From positions 1,408,001-1,472,000 of the forward strand of contig CAXXXD010000002.1 of the NCBI GenBank assembly GCA_963663385.2: a stretch of DNA of 64,000 nucleotides, read 5' to 3'. The first letter of the stretch is position 1. The number at the start of each line of letters is the position of its first letter. The translations under genes and the position numbers were made by a program. This DNA comes from Oceanispirochaeta sp. (lineage in GTDB: Bacteria > Spirochaetota > Spirochaetia > DSM-2461). The notes under the pieces were generated by a model. It was not told the DNA's origin and made no database searches. It saw only the letters and a program-made list of their open reading frames with translations. Positions 38,448 through 48,020 of this stretch are shown piece by piece.

Positions 38448-39662
38448 ATGAAATTCGGACAACGCGGCCTTGATGCCTATAAAGCGCAATCCAAACCCCA
38501 AAGGGATAGGACGGACGGAAATCCTGATGAAAATACGGCATTGAAAGCTCTTATCAAAGAGGATCGGAAGGGAGAGAGTGCCTTTGATCCTCCCGGGCTG
38601 ATTAAAACTGCCGGTGTCTCTGCGGATCGCGTAGGGCTTTCATCCTCCCTGAAACAGGCTCCTCCCCCGAAAGAATCACCTGCAGGTATTCGCAAGGCCG
38701 CCCGCTTTCTTCTGCTTCTGGGAAAAGAGGAAGCCGGAAATGTTCTGCGTAATATGACCGAAAGCGAGATTGAACAGATAACCGGAGAAATCGCCAGTAT
38801 TAAATCCGTTACTCTTGATGAAGCAAAACTGGTTCTTGAGGATTTCGGCTATAATATAGAGCCTCATACTGTTCGGGGCGGGATCAATATGGCCCGTGAT
38901 ATTCTCAGCAGAGCTTTCGGTAAAGAGAAGGGCGAGCAGTATATCCGTACAGCCTGCCCTGAAATCCTGCCGCATCCCTTTTCATTTATGAACGATCTGT
39001 CCCTGCCTCAACTGCTGCAGATTCTGAAGGATGAGCAGGTTGAGAGCCTGTCGGTCATTCTCTCCTTTATGGACGCGGAAAAGGTTTCTGCCTATATAAA
39101 GACTCTGGATCTGGCAAAGCAGGTAAGTCTTGTAAAACGGATGGCTCATATGCAGCAGGTTCACCCTGATGTCATTGCCAATATGGAGGGGGTGCTTCAG
39201 GAGCGTGTTCATGGTATTGCCAGAACGGAGGAGGTAGATATTGACGGCCCGGCCCGGTTGACAGAAATCCTGCGGTATATGAACAGGCAGGATGAAACGA
39301 CTATTCTGAGGGAGATTGAGGATAATAACCCGGATATCAGCCGTCAGATAAAGGAAAATCTGATGACCATGGAAAGTATCTTTCAACTGCGCCCCCGGGA
39401 CCTGCAGAATCTTCTCCTGGAGACAGCCAATGAGACGATTGTTCTGCTTCTCAAGGACAAGGAGAAACGTATCTGTGAACAGATCCTTTCTCACCTCTCC
39501 GCCCAGCGGCGTTTCCTGATTGAGGAAGAAAGGATAATTGCTCCTCTGGTACCACGGAAAGATGTTCAGAATGTCACCAGGGAGTTTCTGGAGATGATTC
39601 GTGTCAGGCAGGAGGAAGGGCGTTATATCCTTTTGGGTGAAGAGGATGAATATTTACTCTGA
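38448..39662 (+). CDS. fliG: Flagellar motor switch FliG paralogue with N-terminal extension
   Basis: GIRKAARFLLLLG, GGINMARDILSRAFG, PFSF, FliG middle and C-terminal layout; start uncertain (38412 or 38448). Confidence 0.8.
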   Translation: MKFGQRGLDAYKAQSKPQRDRTDGNPDENTALKALIKEDRKGESAFDPPGLIKTAGVSADRVGLSSSLKQAPPPKESPAGIRKAARFLLLLGKEEAGNVLRNMTESEIEQITGEIASIKSVTLDEAKLVLEDFGYNIEPHTVRGGINMARDILSRAFGKEKGEQYIRTACPEILPHPFSFMNDLSLPQLLQILKDEQVESLSVILSFMDAEKVSAYIKTLDLAKQVSLVKRMAHMQQVHPDVIANMEGVLQERVHGIARTEEVDIDGPARLTEILRYMNRQDETTILREIEDNNPDISRQIKENLMTMESIFQLRPRDLQNLLLETANETIVLLLKDKEKRICEQILSHLSAQRRFLIEEERIIAPLVPRKDVQNVTREFLEMIRVRQEEGRYILLGEEDEYLL

Positions 39663-39702
39663 CTCTTGTCAATCCTCCGCGTGATATTATATTATTGCGT
39701 CT

Positions 39703-41490
39703 ATGACAGCTAACGAACTAAGAAAGAAATATATCGATTTTTTTGTTTCAAGAAATCATGCGGAAATATCCGGACAGTCTCTGATTCCTGAGAATGATCC
39801 GACTGTATTGTTTACCACTGCCGGAATGCACCCACTGGTTCCCTATCTTCAGGGACAGCCTCACCCTGCCGGTAAGCGTTTGACCAACTATCAGAAATGT
39901 ATCCGGACCGGTGATATTGAAGCAGTAGGGGATCCCTCGCATCTGACATTTTTTGAAATGCTGGGTAACTGGTCTCTGGGGGATTACTTTAAAGAAGAAG
40001 CGCTGAACATGAGTTATGAGTTCCTGACTTCACCGGATTACCTGGGGCTGGATAAGGACCGCTTGTCAGTTACGGTTTTTGCCGGTGATGATGATGTCCC
40101 CCGGGATGAAGAAGCAGCCGGTATCTGGCGAAAGCTGGGTATGCCTGAAGACCGCATCTACTTCCTTCCCCGCGAAGATAACTGGTGGGGGCCCGCCGGA
40201 AAAACCGGCCCCTGCGGTCCTGACAGTGAGATGTTCTATGATACAGGAAAGGAATCCTGCGGCGACGACTGTAAACCGGGATGTCACTGTGGCAAATACT
40301 TCGAAATCTGGAATGATGTATTTATGCAGTATAACAAGCAGGAAGACGGTTCCTATATTCCCCTGGATGCACCCTGTGTTGATACGGGGATGGGGATCGA
40401 ACGAACCGCCACAATGCTTCAGGGAAAAAAATCAGTTTACCAGACCGAACTGTTTCAGCCTATTATTGCCGCCCTGGAAGAACTGACAGGTCTTACGTAC
40501 GGAGAATCCGAGGAGAAGGATATTTCCATCCGTATTATCAGTGACCATATAAAATCAGCGACCATGATTATCGGGGATCCCAGAGGGGCTAAACCTTCCA
40601 ACCTGGGACAGGGGTATATCCTCCGCCGGCTTATACGGAGGGCTGTCCGCCACGGTAAAAAACTGGGGATACAGGATAATTTCCTGGCTGGAATCAGCAG
40701 GGTTGTCATCGGTATGTACAGTTCTATATACGAAGATTTGAAGACTAAAGAGGATATGATACTTCTTGAACTGACTCTGGAAGAGAAGCAGTTCAATACC
40801 ACATTGAAGAAGGGGGAACATGAGTTCGAAAAAATACTCCCCAATCTGATGAGGAATCCCAAAAAGATTATCCCCGGTCGTCTGGCATTCAAATTGTACG
40901 ATACCTACGGTTTCCCTGTTGAGCTGACAGAAGAGCTGGCCGCGGAGAACGGTATGACCGTTGACCGTGACGGATTTGACGAAGCCTTTAAAAAGCACCA
41001 GGAAGCCTCCAAAAAAGGTGCTGACAAGATATTCAAGGGCGGGCTGGCTGATCATTCCGAGATGACCACCCGTTACCATACGGCAACTCACCTGCTTCAC
41101 GAAGCTCTTATGCGTGTTCTGGGTGATCACGTAGAACAGAAGGGGAGTAACATTACCGAAGATCGCCTGCGTTTTGACTTCTCTCATCCCGAAAAGATGA
41201 CAGCGGAGCAACTGGCTGAAGTACAGGAAATCGTTAATGCGGAGATTAAAAAAGCCCATCCTGTTTCTGTCAGGAACATGACTGTAGAGGAGGCAAAAGG
41301 TCTGGGAGCCAGGGCTCTTTTCTCTTCCAAGTATGGTGAACAGGTTAAGGTTTACTTTATTGGAGATTTTTCAATTGAAGTCTGCGGCGGTCCTCATGTG
41401 GAAAACACCTCCGAGCTGGGTGAGTTTGTTATTAAAAAAGAACAGTCCTCTTCCAGAGGTGTACGAAGAATTAAGGCAATCCTTAAATAG
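39703..41490 (+). CDS. alaS: Alanine--tRNA ligase, short form without C-Ala domain
   Basis: DPTVLFTTAGM, HLTFFEMLGNWS.GDYFK, GPCGPDSE, DTGMGIER, HTATHLLH, CGGPHV, ends GVRRIKAILK at 595 aa. Confidence 0.97.
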   Translation: MTANELRKKYIDFFVSRNHAEISGQSLIPENDPTVLFTTAGMHPLVPYLQGQPHPAGKRLTNYQKCIRTGDIEAVGDPSHLTFFEMLGNWSLGDYFKEEALNMSYEFLTSPDYLGLDKDRLSVTVFAGDDDVPRDEEAAGIWRKLGMPEDRIYFLPREDNWWGPAGKTGPCGPDSEMFYDTGKESCGDDCKPGCHCGKYFEIWNDVFMQYNKQEDGSYIPLDAPCVDTGMGIERTATMLQGKKSVYQTELFQPIIAALEELTGLTYGESEEKDISIRIISDHIKSATMIIGDPRGAKPSNLGQGYILRRLIRRAVRHGKKLGIQDNFLAGISRVVIGMYSSIYEDLKTKEDMILLELTLEEKQFNTTLKKGEHEFEKILPNLMRNPKKIIPGRLAFKLYDTYGFPVELTEELAAENGMTVDRDGFDEAFKKHQEASKKGADKIFKGGLADHSEMTTRYHTATHLLHEALMRVLGDHVEQKGSNITEDRLRFDFSHPEKMTAEQLAEVQEIVNAEIKKAHPVSVRNMTVEEAKGLGARALFSSKYGEQVKVYFIGDFSIEVCGGPHVENTSELGEFVIKKEQSSSRGVRRIKAILK

Positions 41491-41531
41491 GTAATCCCCT
41501 TCGGCTCCGCGTGGGGCAGTATTTCTATAGT

Positions 41532-41585
41532 AAAAAAGGCTGAAACCGAAGATTGTTAATCTATCGGGTTCAGCCTTTCTTTTTT
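41532..41585. terminator. Bidirectional terminator between alaS and the TPR gene
   Basis: AAAAAAGGCTGAA...TTCAGCCTTTCTTTTTT. Confidence 0.75.
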
Positions 41586-41590
41586 ATAGG

Positions 41591-41663
41591 CCTCTCCCAG
41601 CCCCTCCAAAGGAGGGGCTGCAATCTTTCAGCCGCATCTCCCCTCCGGGGAGACTGAGAGAGG
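41591..41663. repeat. REP-like double-hairpin element
   Basis: CCTCTCCCAG [CCCCTCC-aaa-GGAGGGG]...[TCTCCCC-tcc-GGGGAGA] CTGAGAGAGG. Confidence 0.6.
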
Positions 41664-41670
41664 TTAGGTT

Positions 41671-42816
41671 TCAGAGCTTCTCTTTAAGCTCCATGACCTT
41701 GTCGATAATCTTGTTGTTTCGGATGCCGAGTTTTAAAAACTGTGAAAGGATTTCAACCGCCTCTTCAATATCGCCTGTCTGCTCAAAACATTCAGCCGCT
41801 TCGATATAGAGTCTGTAGTTTCTGGGGTCGTTACTGATCAGATCCTTCAAGGATGTTATAGCATCCTGATAGTTGCCTTTCTCCTTATTGATCATGGCCA
41901 GTCCAAGTATGGCATAGGTATCGAATTCAATGTTGAGGGCCTGCTTGTAGTAATTTTCCGCCTGATCATCATTTCCCATATTTCTATAGGCATCTCCGGC
42001 GCGGGTCAGTATAACCTTGTTTTTCTTATCCAGATTCAGGATTCTGTTCCAGTATACCAGAGATTGGTCCTGCATATTCATACCGCGGTAACAATCGGCC
42101 AATCCAAAGAGGGCGTAGAAGTTATTGGGCTGCTGTTTCAGGGCATCCTTGAAAAAGGGCACTCCCTTGTCAAACGTTTTAAGTTTTCTATGACAATTCC
42201 CAAGAGATGTCAGTACCCGGATATCTACATGGCCCCGGTTGATATCAAGCATCATCTCCCAGTATTTAAGGGCTTCATTGTAATCCTTGAAATCGTAGTA
42301 CAGGTGTCCCAACCCTATGATGGCATAGGAGTTGTTTTTCTCCATGGAAAGAACTTTCTGATACAAACTGTAAGACTTATCAAAATTCCGGACCTTCCTG
42401 TAGGCATCAGCAATCCGGGTAAGGACGGTAATATTTCTGTCGTCGTGAAGCAGATACTCTTCCCAGATATCAATGGCTCTGTTGTACTGGTTAAGGGCTT
42501 TGTAGCAGTCGGCTAATCCAAAAAGGGCATAGTTGTTACCGGGGTGGGACCCGAGGCATTTCTGATAATAGGTGATTGATTCCCTGAAATTCCTCTCCTT
42601 CCGGTAACAGTCCCCTAAACCTACAAGGGCATAGTTATTTTGGTCATCCAATTCCAGAATACGGTGGAATGACTGTTTGGCCCGTTCAGTCAGGTTTTCC
42701 TTAAGGAGCTGATACCCCCTTTTGGATAGTTCAGAAATTTCATTTAAAGAATCTTGCGAAGGCTCTTCAGGCAAACTTTTCGTTAACTCATCGATATTTA
42801 AATTTTCTTTCAACAT
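41671..42816 (-). CDS. Tetratricopeptide repeat protein
   Basis: Repeated ~34-aa units (NNYALVGLGDCY, NNYALFGLADCY, NFYALFGLADCY). Confidence 0.9.
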   Translation of the reverse strand: MLKENLNIDELTKSLPEEPSQDSLNEISELSKRGYQLLKENLTERAKQSFHRILELDDQNNYALVGLGDCYRKERNFRESITYYQKCLGSHPGNNYALFGLADCYKALNQYNRAIDIWEEYLLHDDRNITVLTRIADAYRKVRNFDKSYSLYQKVLSMEKNNSYAIIGLGHLYYDFKDYNEALKYWEMMLDINRGHVDIRVLTSLGNCHRKLKTFDKGVPFFKDALKQQPNNFYALFGLADCYRGMNMQDQSLVYWNRILNLDKKNKVILTRAGDAYRNMGNDDQAENYYKQALNIEFDTYAILGLAMINKEKGNYQDAITSLKDLISNDPRNYRLYIEAAECFEQTGDIEEAVEILSQFLKLGIRNNKIIDKVMELKEKL

Positions 42817-42843
42817 TTATAAAATCCTTTTCTAATAAGTTCA

Positions 42844-43176
42844 TTAATTATCAGAAAGCCAGCTTCTTATAACTTGAGCCATCCGGGCTATAAGAAATTC
42901 TGCTTTCTGGGGAGCAGGGGCCGCCTTGTACATCTGAAGTGCTTCAAGAGGACGGTTATGATTATAATAATAATCACCTACTCTAATCATACCGTCGGTA
43001 TAGCCGATGGTAACGAAGATTTTACCGGCAGTTTCAACATCCCCTTCATTAAAAAGCTGATTCCCCTTGCGAAGAAGTTTCACTTTTCTTTCCGGAGTCA
43101 GAGATCTGTTGCCGGATACCGGAACTTTGATGAACCCTTCTTCAGGCATCAGGTCCAGGATTTCTCTCCGATTCAT
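42844..43176 (-). CDS. Hypothetical protein
   Basis: 110-aa ORF preceded by TTGAAA-N17-TATAAT, co-oriented with the TPR gene. Confidence 0.75.
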   Translation of the reverse strand: MNRREILDLMPEEGFIKVPVSGNRSLTPERKVKLLRKGNQLFNEGDVETAGKIFVTIGYTDGMIRVGDYYYNHNRPLEALQMYKAAPAPQKAEFLIARMAQVIRSWLSDN

Positions 43177-43258
43177 AAATTTCCCTTATTATTATAGGAT
43201 TAAAATTTTCACTTTTCAATAAAAAATGAACAAAACATATTCTTCTAACAACGATTCC

Positions 43259-43837
43259 CTATATTACACCTTTTGTAGACATTTTTTCACTGTTTTCCCC
43301 TGCAGGAGTATATGCAGTAAAAAGAGCTCTTCCGAGAGATTTGAAAAGAGCTTCTGCCATATGGTGGCTATTGTTTCCGTAACGGCAGTGGGCATGAATA
43401 TTAAGCCCGCCCCTGTTAGCCAGAGCCTGAAGGAATTCCTGTATCAGGAAAAAATCAAAGTTTCCGGCGCTTTCCTGGGGCCAGTCTGCCTGCAGAACAA
43501 GGTAGGGCCGGCGGCAGACATCAATAACTGTTTCAGAAAGAGCATCATCCATGGGAATAACCGAGTGGCCGTAGCGTTTTACAGCCCCGGTTTTTTCAAA
43601 TGTTTTCATCAGAGCATCTCCAAGAACCAGTCCCGTATCTTCAATAAGATGATGGGGGTCTACCTCCAGGTCGCCCCGTGCCTCTATCTTGAGAGTAAAA
43701 CCCCCATGAAAAGCCATGGCGTTAAGCATGTGATCAAAGAAGGGCAGGCCGGTGTTGATGTCTGCTTCCGGACCTTTATGCATATCCAGTTCAAGGCGGA
43801 TTACTGTTTCTTTTGTTTCTCTGTTGACTACAATCAT
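43259..43837 (-). CDS. hisB: Imidazoleglycerol-phosphate dehydratase
   Basis: RETKET, FFDHML, GDLEVDPHHLIED, PMDD, NSHHMAEALFK, STKG. Confidence 0.96.
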   Translation of the reverse strand: MIVVNRETKETVIRLELDMHKGPEADINTGLPFFDHMLNAMAFHGGFTLKIEARGDLEVDPHHLIEDTGLVLGDALMKTFEKTGAVKRYGHSVIPMDDALSETVIDVCRRPYLVLQADWPQESAGNFDFFLIQEFLQALANRGGLNIHAHCRYGNNSHHMAEALFKSLGRALFTAYTPAGENSEKMSTKGVI

Positions 43838-43841
43838 CCCG

Positions 43842-44459
43842 TCAGTCCTCTTTTATCTGTTCAATGAATTTGTTGATCTGTTCGTAATGCACTTTGTAGT
43901 AGGCCGGATTGGCAATAAGGTATACCTTTATCTCGTGGAGTTTCTGAATAACTTCCAGGTTATTGGCTTTCAGGGTGCTTCCCGTTTCCACCAGGTCCAC
44001 AATACAGGGCGCCAGACCGAGCACCGGTGCCAGTTCCACACTCCCGTTCAGTTTTATAATCTTTACAGGGATGCCCTGCTTGTGAAAATATTTTCTGGTC
44101 ATTTCCGTATAGCTGGTGGCAATGGTCAAAGGGCTGTCGGCTTCTTCAAAACTGAAACCCTTCTTTCCGGCCAGACTGAGATTTGTTCCTCCGAAAGAGA
44201 AGGGAAGCAGTTTGTGAAACTGCTGACCCGATTCAAAGATGACATCTTCCCCGCAGATTCCCAATCCGGCTATTCCATGATTCACATAGGTAGGAAGATC
44301 ATGGTTCTTTACCAGGTATATTTTCAGGTTTTCCTCTTTGTCATAGGCTACGAGTTTTCTCTTTTCCACTTCAAAGAATATACCCTTTGATTCAAAGTGT
44401 TTTTGTACTGTATCAAAAAGTCTGCCCTTGGGCAGGGCTATGGTTAATGGTTCTGCCAT
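43842..44459 (-). CDS. hisG: ATP phosphoribosyltransferase, short form
   Basis: TIALPKGRL, LNGSVELAP, IVDLVETGSTLKANNL; 205 aa. Confidence 0.95.
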   Translation of the reverse strand: MAEPLTIALPKGRLFDTVQKHFESKGIFFEVEKRKLVAYDKEENLKIYLVKNHDLPTYVNHGIAGLGICGEDVIFESGQQFHKLLPFSFGGTNLSLAGKKGFSFEEADSPLTIATSYTEMTRKYFHKQGIPVKIIKLNGSVELAPVLGLAPCIVDLVETGSTLKANNLEVIQKLHEIKVYLIANPAYYKVHYEQINKFIEQIKED

Positions 44460-44462
44460 GGT

Positions 44463-45560
44463 TTATCTCTCCTGTTTTTCTCTTCGGGCCGACGCTTTTC
44501 TGTAGCGTTCCGCCGCACTCAGCTGATCCGTATCTGCTCCATGGAGGGCTTCCAGTCTACCCGTGTCCAAACGGCTGAGTTTTTCCATTTTTCTCAGGAA
44601 AAGAGAAAACCCGATGGAAGAGGCAGGTGTATTCCCTGTATAGCCGAAGTTTTCAAGCATGCCGTCATAACGGCCCCCTGAAGCGAGGGATGTGCCGCAT
44701 CCGTCCGTATAGGCACTGAATACGATGCCTGAGTAGTAGGGCAGGTTTCCGGTTTCGGAGAGATCAATACGGAATATATCCCCGAAAACACCCAGAGCTT
44801 CCCAGCCCCTGTGAATCTGATCAAGGTAATCCAGAGCTCCGTTCAGAGCTCCATCCAGCAGGGTCTGCCACAACGGAAGCTTCCGGGCAAACTCTTCTCC
44901 TGTACCGATAAAAAGGAGAAGTTCTGTCAGTTTCTCCGCATCTTCCTTTTTGTAGACTGTCTGCAGAATCTGTCTGATGGAATACAGTTCCCTGGTTTGA
45001 AGTCTTTTATTCAGACTGATGCTGTCTTCTTTGGAAAGGGGACTTGATATCGCTTGAAACAGAGGGGTTGAGCCTATATGAATCCGGCTTTGGGGCAGTT
45101 TAAAAGATTCAAGTATTTCGGCCAGCAGAAAGATCATCTCAAGATCTCCCTCTTTTCCGGGACAGCCGATAAGTTCGCATCCTGTCTGGAAATATTCATG
45201 CCTGTTTATATCTTCATGGTCCTGATACCGGAGAATCGAATCCGCATAATAGACTCTGACGGGCATCTCCTCTTCCGAAAGGGTCATACCCATCTGTCTG
45301 GCCAGAAACAGTGTAATATCCGAACGCAGCATCATAAGTTCGCCGTCCCGGTCTATCAGCTTATATGTCTGCTCTTCAAGACGTTTATCCAGAAGAGGTC
45401 TGTAGTTGTCGTAGTAGTCAAATACAGGTGTCTGCACAGGGAGATATCCCCAGCTTTCCGTGAGGTCTTCCATATGCCGGAGAATCTTTTTATGTCTGTA
45501 TGTATCTTCCAGATAGAGTGATTCTGTTCCGTGAGGCAGCCTCAGCAGATTCTTTTTCAT
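44463..45560 (-). CDS. hisZ: ATP phosphoribosyltransferase regulatory subunit
   Basis: HisRS-like fold (LRSDIT, QTGCELIG, YYSGIVF, GGRYD), directly upstream of short hisG. Confidence 0.93.
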   Translation of the reverse strand: MKKNLLRLPHGTESLYLEDTYRHKKILRHMEDLTESWGYLPVQTPVFDYYDNYRPLLDKRLEEQTYKLIDRDGELMMLRSDITLFLARQMGMTLSEEEMPVRVYYADSILRYQDHEDINRHEYFQTGCELIGCPGKEGDLEMIFLLAEILESFKLPQSRIHIGSTPLFQAISSPLSKEDSISLNKRLQTRELYSIRQILQTVYKKEDAEKLTELLLFIGTGEEFARKLPLWQTLLDGALNGALDYLDQIHRGWEALGVFGDIFRIDLSETGNLPYYSGIVFSAYTDGCGTSLASGGRYDGMLENFGYTGNTPASSIGFSLFLRKMEKLSRLDTGRLEALHGADTDQLSAAERYRKASARREKQER

Positions 45561-45656
45561 TTACATGCTCCCTAATAATATGCAGGCAGTATAGTATATT
45601 TATACAGCAGATTCAACGGAGGACGTCCTTCCAGGGCGCTTCGGCAAATTGTTTCC

Positions 45657-47318
45657 TTATCGCTTCCCGTTTACATACGAAACAATTCCCCTGATGATCC
45701 TGTCTGCATCATTCTGTCTGAGATCTTCATTGCGTATCGCCCAGGAGTTATTGGGGTAGGCCAGATTCCTGGTCTCAATCAGAACGGAGGCTCCGGCGGG
45801 ATTGCTGTTCAGAATCCGTAGCTCCTGGCTGTGCGAACAGGACCCCATTCCCAGGTAATCCGTCATAAAATCGGCCAGTTTATGTGACTCTTTTCCTTCT
45901 TCATCGGGGTGGTAGAGGATGATAGTCCCCTCTCCGGCGTAGGGTTGGTTGTCCGCATGTATGCTGATAAAAAGGGTTTTCTCCCGGGGCGCCGATTCCA
46001 GAAATTTCTGTACAAGTTCCACTCTCCGGTTCAGACCGTACTGACCGCCGACAGGCCAGCAGTCAGACCGGTTTTTCTTATTCATCAGTGAATCATTCCA
46101 GACTTCATTCTTTTCATTGACAAAGGTCAGGGAGGCGTCAGGGGACTGCCTTATTGTCTGATTGGGGCTTATTACTGTTAAAAATACCTCGGCCCCGTAG
46201 CGTTTCAGGTCCTTGTATACCCGTAAGGCTATATCATAACAGTATTCATCCTCAACCACATAAACCTTGTTTCCCCGGCCATCCTGACTTTCCACGATAG
46301 CGCCCGGATCGAGGCCGCCATGCCCGGGGTCCAGTACGATTCGATACCCGTTCAGATCGGTTCCCAGGGGCTGGAGGGAATCAATGGCCTGGTTGAAATC
46401 ATTCAGCAGCTGTGAGGCTTTCTCATAGTTTTTCCAGGGGCTTTCCAGGTCTTCCTCAGAATATCCCCGGCTGGGCTGATACCTGCTGTCGGTAGGACGT
46501 GAGTAATAGAGGGGAGGTTCGAAACTGAGAGCGGCAAGTTTGACAGGGGGGGGGATAACAGGTTTCTCTTTTATAATTCCTTCTGTTTTTACGGAAAATT
46601 CATCCGGTTCGGCGAGATCCTTCAGAACCGTTTCGTAAAGTTGTATTTCCTGACCTCTATAAAGAATCTCACTCTCCAGATTATTCCATTTTTTCAGTGT
46701 TTCCATGGTGATGTTGTACCGGGACGAGATATTCCACAGAGAGTCCCCCTCTTCAACAGTGATGATCTGGGGACGGGGATCTGTCAGTTCCAGAATCTGT
46801 CCAATCCTCAGTTCATTGTTTTTCAGATTGTTGATCTGTTTAAGGCGGCTTACGGATATGTCATACTTCAGGGATATCCAGGATAGGGTATCTCCCGCCT
46901 CGACAGTTATGGTTTCTCCCTCTTCGGGCGGCCGCACAAGTTCCAGTTCCATCCCGGCTATCAGGGCGGATGGGTCCAGTCTGTTGAGGCTGGCCAGTCG
47001 GGTGAGTTCAATCCCTGTCCTTACGGCAATACCGGACAGAGTGTCCCCCGGCCGGACAATATATTTATCCTTGTTGTCCAGGGGAATGGTCAACTCCTCT
47101 CCTGTCCGGATCAGATCCCTGTTCAGGTTATTCGCTTCTTTGAGTGACTGGATACTGATGTCGTACTGCAGGGAGAGGGAGTAGAGTGTCTCGTCGGTTT
47201 TAACAATATGAATTCTGTCGCCGGCAAAAAGCACGAAAGGGATTATCCCGGATAAAAAAAGGAATATCAGGGTATAAACCAGTACAATCTGACAGGCAAT
47301 CTTCTTCAATGAGTGCAT
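45657..47318 (-). CDS. N-acetylmuramoyl-L-alanine amidase with four LysM domains
   Basis: Four LysM repeats; Amidase_3 motifs LDPGHGG.DPGA, E, ISIHAD, VLIE. Confidence 0.9.
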   Translation of the reverse strand: MHSLKKIACQIVLVYTLIFLFLSGIIPFVLFAGDRIHIVKTDETLYSLSLQYDISIQSLKEANNLNRDLIRTGEELTIPLDNKDKYIVRPGDTLSGIAVRTGIELTRLASLNRLDPSALIAGMELELVRPPEEGETITVEAGDTLSWISLKYDISVSRLKQINNLKNNELRIGQILELTDPRPQIITVEEGDSLWNISSRYNITMETLKKWNNLESEILYRGQEIQLYETVLKDLAEPDEFSVKTEGIIKEKPVIPPPVKLAALSFEPPLYYSRPTDSRYQPSRGYSEEDLESPWKNYEKASQLLNDFNQAIDSLQPLGTDLNGYRIVLDPGHGGLDPGAIVESQDGRGNKVYVVEDEYCYDIALRVYKDLKRYGAEVFLTVISPNQTIRQSPDASLTFVNEKNEVWNDSLMNKKNRSDCWPVGGQYGLNRRVELVQKFLESAPREKTLFISIHADNQPYAGEGTIILYHPDEEGKESHKLADFMTDYLGMGSCSHSQELRILNSNPAGASVLIETRNLAYPNNSWAIRNEDLRQNDADRIIRGIVSYVNGKR

Positions 47319-47375
47319 ATTTTTTTATCGCCCGAATTTGAATACCGGTTAAGGGAAAGTTACAGGATATTTCCT

Positions 47376-47906
47376 TTAATCCCGTGTGTAGAAGATCAGT
47401 TCCGAGCGGCCGTATTTTCTCAGGTCGTACCGGCGGAGGCTGCCGATATTCTCCGGGTAACTTTCTTCTCCGGGGTAATGCATGGTCAGGGTTCCTCCTG
47501 CCTTCAGGACTTCAGCCTTTTCGGCCATCTCCAGAATTTCCAGTTTTTCACCCATAGGGAAGGGCGGATCCAGATGAACAAAATCATAACTTTCGGTACA
47601 GTTTTTCAGAAATCTTTGAACAGGCTGTAAAAAAAGTCTGATTTCGGTCTCGACCCATGAGATATTTTCTTCAATGGTTTTTTTCTTTATAAAGTCCTTT
47701 TCAACAAGATGAACCGGTTCGGCTCCTCTTGAAGCGGCTTCGATTCCAACAGCTCCGGATCCGGAGAACAGATCAAGATAGGAGAGTCCTTCCATGGGGC
47801 CCAGTATGGAAAACATGGACACCCGCATGCGGTCCATGGCAGGTCGGATTACTCCCTTCGGGCATTTTATAATACGGCCGTTGTAAAGGCCTCCTGTTAC
47901 TCTCAT
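47376..47906 (-). CDS. rsmD: 16S rRNA m2G966 methyltransferase
   Basis: MRVTGG, IRP, LDLFSGSG..GIEAASRGA, DPPF. Confidence 0.9.
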   Translation of the reverse strand: MRVTGGLYNGRIIKCPKGVIRPAMDRMRVSMFSILGPMEGLSYLDLFSGSGAVGIEAASRGAEPVHLVEKDFIKKKTIEENISWVETEIRLFLQPVQRFLKNCTESYDFVHLDPPFPMGEKLEILEMAEKAEVLKAGGTLTMHYPGEESYPENIGSLRRYDLRKYGRSELIFYTRD

Positions 47907-48020
47907 TGTATCTCCTTACTTTTATCCAGATCTTTTTCTTTAACGGGATTTTCGCTGCGCCCAATTCCCTGCCGCTTCAGATAAGTTTCGTGACCCGGAT
48001 GCTTCGCATCTCACCAGAAA

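Noticed and set aside
44463..45560. Second histidyl-tRNA synthetase
   Set aside because: It lacks the anticodon domain and sits beside short hisG, so it is HisZ.
46640..47220. Periodic sequence in the amidase gene as a repeat array or CRISPR
   Set aside because: Protein-level LysM repeats without identical DNA repeats; no CRISPR array or cas gene seen in the window.
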